Assembly: GCA_023334545.1 (NCBI GenBank)
Contig: JAADVB010000087.1
Coordinates: 1 to 64,000 of the forward strand
Origin: Salisapilia sapeloensis CBS 127946
Taxonomy: Eukaryota > Protista > Oomycota
Direction of reading: 5' to 3'
Length of the DNA: 64,000 nt
In this document: positions 56,565 through 64,000 of the stretch, piece by piece
Position numbering within the stretch: the stretch's first letter is position 1
How the letters are laid out: each line of letters begins with the position of its first letter
Notes under the pieces: generated by a model
Databases searched by the model: none
Told to the model about the DNA's origin: nothing
What the model saw: the letters and a program-made list of their open reading frames with translations, nothing else
Program-made: the position numbers and the translations under genes

Positions 56565-58052
56565 CTACTCTGTTTTCTTCTTTTCCTTCGGCACTGGCAC
56601 AAGCGAGAAGAGGACGTACAGCACGACGCAAACGATGTGACCTGCAAAGTTGACGTTCTTCAGAGCCTGTAGCGAGTACTCGAAAGACATGACTTGGAAC
56701 GGCATGACAAAGTAGTGCATGCCGAGAACAGTCGCGATGGTGCCGACAACATCGTACATTTTCTTCTTCAAACCTTCCGAGCCGTCCGCCTCGAGGAATC
56801 TTGGACGCAGACGTTTATGTGCGAGTCGGTTGACCATGGTCATGAGCGGCAGACTCAGGAAGAAGAAGTAGTAGCCAGGGTAGAAGCCGTGCCAGAAGGC
56901 AGACGTAAAGTACGTCATGAAGAGCGAGTTACCCGTGCGCGTGTACACGTATCGCTCCAACCAGTTCTGCGTGCCCTTGTTCCACGCCTTGGACGCATCG
57001 CGTGTGCTCGCCGCCAGCTCAAAGCTTACAATGTCAATGTTGCTAACGCCATTCCATCCCTTGGCGGCTCCGTCCTTGTCAAAGCCTTCAAAGCCGAAGC
57101 CACAGAGAACGGTTGATCCTTCTGCGATTTTCCAAGCGCCATAGTACTTGATCTTCACAAAGATGAGCGTGACGTACAGTTCCTTGACTTGCAGATACCA
57201 CGGCAACGAAGCGACTGCGAAAGAGCGGAGTTTCTCGATGGGGAAGAAACCTCCGTAGAGCGCAAAGGCTGCCATGAGACCGCTGCCAACGAACAATTTC
57301 GAGCAGACGGCTAGAACGCCCGATGGGCGTTTGAATTCACCGTTGAGCATGAACTTGGTGCCTCGAGCAACGTCCAAGTACTCTCTGATCTCAAAGGCTG
57401 GGCCGGCAAGGAACGTTGTAAAGCTGTAGACGTAGCCGAAGAACTCGAGAGGGTTGGGCAGTGCTGTGATGAGGAAGCGTTCGCGACCCCTGTACAGACG
57501 AGCCATGGAAGGAGATAGCTCCTTGCCTTCCAACGCAGCTTGTTGAGCTGTCTTGTCAACGACACCGTCATAGTAGTTGAAAGCAAAGCTCGTGAGCTTG
57601 ATGACCAGCAGCATCTGCGGACCTGTGAAGTCGAGCGTCCAGCCCATGTAGTCCACGTAGAGGCGATAGATGTGGGACATAGACATGTAGGCCATGTTAA
57701 AGACAAAGGCCAGGTAGGGTGCATACTTTGGCGGGCCGAATGAAACGAGGACGTAGGTCGTGATGGCTGCGAGGAAGGAGTGGATCCAAGCGGATCCGAG
57801 GACGAACTGAGCCATGCTCAACCCGACGATAACATCGAATAGATGCTTCAATGTTGCAGAAGGGAGGAATCGATACACGAGCGCGAGTGGATAGGCTCCA
57901 AAGAGGCACAGGACATAACGAAGCTGGTCACCAGGGAGTCCAACGGTGTCTCCAAGATCCTCCACGAGGGTGCGTAGACCTTCGAACTTGAGAGGCGTTG
58001 CTAGCTCCGCATAGGGCTGTAATTGCGTGACGATATCCACCAAATGCTCCAT
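56565..58052 (-). CDS. MBOAT lysophospholipid acyltransferase (LPCAT/ALE1-like), intronless copy
   Basis: FTGPQMLLVIKLTS, LAGP, WNKGTQNWLERYVY, SAFWHGFYPGYY (catalytic His) and a C-terminal KKTE ER-retrieval signal. Confidence 0.92.
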   Translation of the reverse strand: MEHLVDIVTQLQPYAELATPLKFEGLRTLVEDLGDTVGLPGDQLRYVLCLFGAYPLALVYRFLPSATLKHLFDVIVGLSMAQFVLGSAWIHSFLAAITTYVLVSFGPPKYAPYLAFVFNMAYMSMSHIYRLYVDYMGWTLDFTGPQMLLVIKLTSFAFNYYDGVVDKTAQQAALEGKELSPSMARLYRGRERFLITALPNPLEFFGYVYSFTTFLAGPAFEIREYLDVARGTKFMLNGEFKRPSGVLAVCSKLFVGSGLMAAFALYGGFFPIEKLRSFAVASLPWYLQVKELYVTLIFVKIKYYGAWKIAEGSTVLCGFGFEGFDKDGAAKGWNGVSNIDIVSFELAASTRDASKAWNKGTQNWLERYVYTRTGNSLFMTYFTSAFWHGFYPGYYFFFLSLPLMTMVNRLAHKRLRPRFLEADGSEGLKKKMYDVVGTIATVLGMHYFVMPFQVMSFEYSLQALKNVNFAGHIVCVVLYVLFSLVPVPKEKKKTE

Positions 58053-58274
58053 CTTGGCGTCTGTGGTTGGAGGGAGATGACTCACTTGGGTGGATGGCTT
58101 CCAAATCACGTCCTTTTCGACTGGCAGGGAAACTCGGTATTATCAGGTATACAAACTTGTAGTCATTCAGGTTGAAGTAGCCATGACGCAGAGGGGTAGG
58201 GTTGCCAACGTCATGTGACACCTGCCTCGCCCTTTGATGGGCATTCGACCGAAATCGACAGACAAGAATCTACC

Positions 58275-59906
58275 ATGGAAATGTTGATGCAGATGGCATC
58301 GGTTGTAGAGCAATTGGCAACGCCGTGGCAGTTCACATACGCCAACGAACAATTGAGGACGATTGGAGATGCCGTTGGCTTTCCAGTCGACCAACTACGA
58401 TGCGTTGCATGTTTCTTGCTAGCATATCCTCTCGCAGCGATGCTGAATTTGCTTCGATCGCATAAATTAAAGCATTGGGCGAACTTTGGCGTTGGTCTGG
58501 CAATGGCGCAATTCGTCTATGGTCAGGGATGGATCCACTCGTTCACGTCAGCGAGCGTCACATATGCGCTTTTGCACGTCCTGCCCATGCGCATCGCACC
58601 TTACGTCATTTTCGTTGCGAATATGGCTTTCGTGGCCTCGCTGCACTTGTACCGAATGCACGTCGACTACATGGGCTGGAGTATGGACTCCACGGCGTCT
58701 CAAATGCTACTGCTTATCAAGCTCACGAGTTTCAGCTTTAACTATTACGACGGACACGTTCCATCGATGACCAACGTTCTACCAACTGACCCGCCCGTAA
58801 GTAGTATTAAAATCTACTATCCTAATAAGGTCTAATGTATATTTAAACAGAGAGTGGTCAAACAAAAGCAGCTGAGAGCTCGCTTATCCATCCAGGAGAT
58901 GCCGACACTGCTTGAGTTCTTTGGGTTTGTCTACTGCTTCACAACGTTTTTAGCAGGTCCTGCGATCGAGTTTCAGGAATATATGGATGCCATTCGAGGC
59001 TCCAAGTTCAACGAAGCCAAACAAAAACGCCGGCCAGTGTCGTCTGTTGGTCCCGCCTTTTCGAAATTTGCAACCGGTGCACTCTTCATGGCGATGATGG
59101 CATTCTTTGGTCACTTGTCTGACCTTCGTATCATCCTCAAGTCAAAAGACCATATTGCCGTTCGATGCGGAAGACTGATGGTTGCATTGTTCCTTACTCG
59201 AGCAAAGTATTATTGCGCATGGAAACTGTCTGAAGGCGCCACCGTCCTCTTCGGTGCTGGGTTTGAAGGCTTTGATGAAGATGGGAACCCGAAAGGATGG
59301 AACGGTGTGTCCAATATCGATATTGCAGGGTTCGAATTCGGTGAAAGTACGCGAGACATCTCTCGTGCGTGGAATAAAGGCACGCAGCATTGGCTCGAGC
59401 GGTACGTTTACTCCCGCACCGCCAACTCCGTCATTGCAACGTACTTGTGCTCGGCGATTTGGCATGGATTTTACCCTGGCTACTACCTCTTCTTCCTATC
59501 CTGTACGAACTCCTCTTCTTATTGCGCAAATGTATGGCGATTAACGACGTGCTATGTTGAACAGTACCACTTGCTACTTCTGTGAATCGTTTGGCTTACA
59601 AGTACTTGCGTCCTCACTTTTTGACGAAAGAAGGTAAAACGACCACGTTTTACAACCTCATGAGTCTGCTGTGCACATGCTTGATCATCAACTACCTCGC
59701 CGTGTCATTTGTGGTATGGATAGATCAAGTAGCTACATTTCATGATTGCAGTACTAACTTACGATGTCTAGCTGCTATCATGGGAGGAATCTTTAGCTGC
59801 GTACCAGTCAATGGGATTTATCGGTCACTTTGCGCTCATTGCCGCATATGGTGCGTTAACCTTGCTGGCAAATAACTCGAGTAAGAAGGCTGGGAAGCAG
59901 GCTTAA
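58275..59906 (+). CDS. MBOAT lysophospholipid acyltransferase paralog (4 exons)
   Basis: Introns at 58797-58850, 59503-59564 and 59714-59771. Motifs MLLLIKLTS, FLAGP, WNKGTQHWLERYVY, SAIWHGFYPGYY; ends SSKKAGKQA*. Confidence 0.88.
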
Positions 59907-60645
59907 ACAGACGATCAACTGGAATAAATAGAATGGCCTGGTGATTTACATAAAACCGCATAGGATGATGGATCCCATCCTGTTAAATGACGACTGACTG
60001 CACGTCGTCAACACCTCTGTTTGAGCTGGAGTGCTCGTACAATGGTTTTACCTGTTTGATGATCTTTATTTACATTAATAAGCACGTGCAGCAGATATTT
60101 AGAGGAAAGTCGAAGGTATCGAAACATACCTAGGTAGCACGGGAGTGCCTGACTCAATAACAAAAAATATGAACTCTGCGTATAGCAAAAAGGGTAAAGT
60201 CTATGGAGGTTGCGACGAAAAGGAGGAATCGACAACTTCAAGGATGCAACTCTAGTATGCAGTGCCGCACATGAACTGCGAACCCTATGAAGCCATTCAG
60301 GAATAAACATATACGGAATATCACTAGTACATGAAATGCAAAGTTCTAATAGGGGTCAAAGTTACAGATTTTGAGTTTGCTGTCCTCTGAGTGCTTCTAG
60401 ATGTCCTCTACTAAAATAGCTAGGTTATAAATATCTCGTTGCTGCGTAAGGGGCAACATGAAATCAGTTAGTCTTAAATTCGGCGAGAGTAACTCTTCGC
60501 CAAAAAGCTCTTCCACTAAGCAGTACGTTGGTTCATTCATCACAAGTCTCTTCTATATGTAATGAAATTCACGATTTTAAGCTCTATTTTCAAATGATTG
60601 ACTCCACCACCTTGCATAGAATCTGTCACTACGGACGGTGTGAGC

Positions 60646-60945
60646 ATGAACAAGCCTTTATTCATACTGCTGTTGATTGCATGCATTGTCGCCTGCTTCT
60701 TGTCACAAGTGCAAGCAGCTATAAAGGTCAATAAAAAGCCAAAGCAGTGCAGAGCACCCGTTCAGATCTACCAAGGGACTACCAAGTACCAGTCGACGAT
60801 TCCAGGGTCCCAAGTGACTTATGAATGTAGGAGAGGGACGAAACTAGTTGGTCATCGGTCGCTCTTTTGCACTAAAGAAGGTCAATGGAGTCCTTCACCT
60901 CCAACTTGTAAACTCGATGTAAGCAAGAAGACCAAGACATTTTAA
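60646..60945 (+). CDS. Small secreted protein with a single Sushi/CCP/SCR module
   Basis: Signal peptide MNKPLFILLLIACIVACFLSQVQA, then C-RAP...GSQVTYEC-RRGTKLVG-HRSLFC-TKEGQWSPSPPTC: four Cys and the conserved Trp of the CCP fold. Confidence 0.85.
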   Translation: MNKPLFILLLIACIVACFLSQVQAAIKVNKKPKQCRAPVQIYQGTTKYQSTIPGSQVTYECRRGTKLVGHRSLFCTKEGQWSPSPPTCKLDVSKKTKTF

Positions 60946-61197
60946 ACGTCCATGCATAGATGCTTCTTTGAATGTAAAAGCTTGGCTTATTGCACCGGAA
61001 TAAGTAAGTGCAGTGGAAAGAAGCATGATTTAGCGACATCGAGTCGTGATAGAAATAAGAGAAGCCAAGCAGAGATACTATACAGTAAAATACAGTAATT
61101 TGAGGTTTAATCGGATAGTTTGGTTTGGTTTGGATTGGTTACACAAGCGAAGAGTAGCTTTTGTCTACGTTGCCTATGTAATGAAATGTCGATCGGC

Positions 61198-61536
61198 TTA
61201 GGCGAATTGCAGCACCTCAATCTCAAACACAAGCGTCGAGTCCGGTTGGATGCCCCAGGCTGGGAAACCAGAAGATCCGTACGCATAGTCTGGCGTGCAG
61301 GTCAGGCGAGCCGTTTCCCCGAGTTTCATCGACATGACGCCTTCATCCCAACCTCGAATCACTTGATTCATGCCGACCTGGAACGTAAATGGCTGCTGGC
61401 CTGGATCCTTGGTACTCCAGAATTTTTGCGATAGGTCATTGTTCTTGCCATAGCCCGTGCAATTCACAGTAACGCTCTGTCCTTTGGTCGGTGTCGAGCC
61501 ATTGCCCTCTTGCAAGATCTCCTTCGTCACGCCCAT
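61198..61536 (-). CDS. FKBP12: FKBP12 peptidyl-prolyl isomerase, plant-type
   Basis: 112 aa; VTVNCTGYG, KFWSTKD, VIRGWDEG, PDYAYG, GFPAWGIQP, LVFEIEVL. Confidence 0.93.
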   Translation of the reverse strand: MGVTKEILQEGNGSTPTKGQSVTVNCTGYGKNNDLSQKFWSTKDPGQQPFTFQVGMNQVIRGWDEGVMSMKLGETARLTCTPDYAYGSSGFPAWGIQPDSTLVFEIEVLQFA

Positions 61537-61680
61537 TTCTTCCTACGACACTGTATCCTTGTCAAGGAACGCATACAAATTCACCGTAAAACTAATTCGT
61601 AGGTTATAGTTAATATGGCGTTAAATCGTACGAATCAGACGACAGATAAAAAACACTGGAGACGAACCAAACGTGAAGAG

Positions 61681-63378
61681 ATGCAGGACGTCGAGGAGTG
61701 GGCCAGGAAGCAGCTCGAGGCACTCGGTGTCGACGCTGTATTCGCTCCGTATGTAGTTGGGATTGCCAATTCGGAAGACGAGGATGAATTTAGCATTCGA
61801 GAGAGTGTACGCGAAGTGCTTTTGGGATCTCTACCACCGGAAAACGAGGTCTGGTCATTCGTCCGATTTTCCATTTGTATTGCACTCACGCTCTATCTAG
61901 GCAAAGGCAGAGACGTTTGTACAGGATCTGCTGAAATACACATCCAATCCATCTCTGCTAGAGCATATCACTCCTGTAGAGTCGCCAAGCGCAGCCAGTT
62001 CATCTACTTGTGCGGATAATGATGCGGATAGTAGAGATGGTCATTTGGATGTGCAAAAGGAGAATGAGGTGCCTGCTGAAAGTAAGAAGCTAGAGGAGGC
62101 TCCGGTCGATGAAGAGCTAAAGCCCTCTGCTTCGACATTCGTACCTGGTGCTTGGGTACGCATCCTCCATCTCTTCCTTTGAATGAGTACTTAAAATGCG
62201 ATAGGAAGAAGCAGAGGTGGAAGAAGAAACAGAGGTAGAAGAGGAAACACCAGAAGACGAGAGCTCCTTCTTTTGGTCTGTTGCGTATGACGTGAGTAGA
62301 TGTTTCGAATAGGAAAGACACGTAGGACTGATGAAAGAGATAGATGGTCAACCAACTACAGCTCAAGTTTCCAGATATACCTCCAGACCGTCTGTCCGAC
62401 CTGCTGCGAGAGGTAGACCTCGATTCAGATCGAGCTCACGCTGTCATGAAAGCCACGTTGGAAAAGGAGTCGCAGCCAGGGTCGCAAGTCTGCCGCCACT
62501 TTCTGTCGGGAGACTGCCGACGTGCCGACTGCATGTTCCTCCACGAGACAAACGCCGTGGCATGTCGCTTCTGGCTCCGAGGCGCTTGTCTTCAGCCGAA
62601 CGACTGCCCCTTTGCTCATTTCTTTGTCGAAGCAGACCACATTCGTCCTGGCGACATGGACGACAGTGAGGACGAAAGTGAAGAGCCGCTGGATATCGCT
62701 CAAGAAGACCATTTTCCATCCCTCTCCTCCTCCTCTAGCTCTTCAAGTTCTCTGTCCATGAACTTTGCCAAGGCCGTGTCCCTCCACCCGGCTGCAACTC
62801 CCGTTCAATCTACCAACGTGTCGTTCAAGTCGAGCAAACGTCCTCCTGTTCCTCGCATGAACCCTTCGAGATGGGTCGAGACAGGTCAGGCTGTCGGCGA
62901 TCAGTACAAAAAGCTTCGACAACAAGCGTACGAGTACGCATGTGCTCGAAACCAGTGCTTTATGAAAGCCACTGAAGCGTTTAAGATGAATAAAAAGTCC
63001 GAGGCGAGGAGTCTGTCCATCCAAGGACACGACTACAATGGCAAGATGAAGCACTACCACTATCTCGCTGCCTCGGCCATCTTCGATGCGAGGAACCCAC
63101 ACCGACAGATTTACGATGAGAAGCTGCTGGACTTGCATGGTTTGCACGTCGCAGAGGCTGTCGAGTTGCTTTCGTACTTGCTTCCGAAGCTGACGGACGA
63201 AGGACTGGAAGCCATCTACCTCGTCACGGGCTCTGGACACCACTCGAAAGGTCCGCAGTCGACTGCGAGACTCCTTCCGGCCGTCCAGCAGTACCTACAG
63301 ACCGACGGGTACAACTATTCCAAGGTAAAAGACGCTCGAGGGTACATCGGTATGCTCCTCGTAGACCTACAATGGTAA
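61681..63378 (+). CDS. PAM2 + CUE + 2xCCCH + DUF1771 + Smr-domain protein (4 exons)
   Basis: Exons splice in frame. Motifs LKPSASTFVP, KFPDIPPDRLSDLL, CRHFLSGDCRRADCMFLH, CRFWLRGACLQPNDCPFAH, LDLHGLHVAEA and LVTGSGHHS. Confidence 0.85.
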
Positions 63379-63443
63379 AAAGAACAATGACAGCAAGCTT
63401 CTTACATTGTAGCGAGAATCCAAGTCTAAATGATGAAACGTTT

Positions 63444-63941
63444 TTATTCTTCTTCCGCTTGCGGCTGCTTAAGCGTAATGGCCATGGAGCCGACGCTGAT
63501 GACACCTGCTCCGGCAAAAATCGCCATGCTCATCTTGGGCGAGTCCGCGTTGTTAATGAACTCGGGCTTGTTGTCCCACACCTCCTGGCGAATCGCAGCT
63601 AGCGTGTGGTACGTCAAAGGGAAGGCCACGAAGAACTTGGAGATGGGCGCAAAGCCAGGGATGACCGTCTGGGCAGCGTGGATCGCCGACGTCACGTCTC
63701 CCCCGATGAGGGCGAAGGCGCTTCCGGCGGCGAAGCCGGCCGACATGCCCATGCCCGTGAATCGGTTTGAAATGGACGAGATGGCCGTGATCGGGAAGCT
63801 GTATATTTCGACATGAGGAGACACAGGGCGGCCGAGCTTGGCTTGCTGCTCGGTGTACGTCTGGCTTGAGGCCGTCGCGACGGAACGCGAGGCCGTGGTC
63901 TTGGCGACGCTGACCACCTTCTTACTCGCCTGGAGACTCAT
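63444..63941 (-). CDS. SDH3: Succinate dehydrogenase cytochrome b560 subunit (SdhC), nuclear-encoded
   Basis: Mitochondrial-type presequence, RPVSPHVEIY, FPITAISSISNRFTG, heme-ligand YH and IRQEVWD. Confidence 0.88.
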   Translation of the reverse strand: MSLQASKKVVSVAKTTASRSVATASSQTYTEQQAKLGRPVSPHVEIYSFPITAISSISNRFTGMGMSAGFAAGSAFALIGGDVTSAIHAAQTVIPGFAPISKFFVAFPLTYHTLAAIRQEVWDNKPEFINNADSPKMSMAIFAGAGVISVGSMAITLKQPQAEEE

Positions 63942-64000
63942 TTTTTACGTATTTGGACCGGCGGAATTTGCGGTTCAGAGCCATCGTACTTGTTCGAGAG

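Noticed and set aside
1-64000. tRNA, rRNA, CRISPR arrays, telomeric repeats, intact transposons
   Set aside because: By eye I saw no cloverleaf or T-loop in non-coding context, no repeat-spacer arrays, no (TTTAGGG)n tracts and no transposase or RT ORFs. tRNAscan, Infernal and RepeatModeler would be needed to exclude them formally.

Overview
Eukaryotic genomic DNA, most likely an oomycete (inference). Support: 50-65 nt GT-AG introns, an oomycete-type Inr+FPR core promoter, an LRR-TKL receptor kinase, a single-CCP secreted protein and a plant-type FKBP12. The organism is probably flagellated (epsilon-tubulin, CEP164, DNAH6-like axonemal dynein). The window holds about 26 intact genes plus one pseudogene and is gene-dense except for an AT-richer island at about 34.1-43.0 kb, which carries two secreted S1 serine proteases flanking a decayed LRR receptor kinase. 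Best leads: (1) a 975-bp tandem duplication carrying two intact ARF-like genes that both lack the DxxGQ Gly/Gln but keep the effector-binding triad; (2) a spliced, motor-less paralog of the tail (coiled coil + PX) of a nearby myosin; (3) a HisRS fused to a catalytically dead HAL-like domain; (4) seven copies of an acidic helical motif in the tail of a SNAPC1-like protein. I found no rRNA, tRNA, CRISPR array or recognisable transposase. Exon boundaries, alignments and counts were read by hand; no database search was run.
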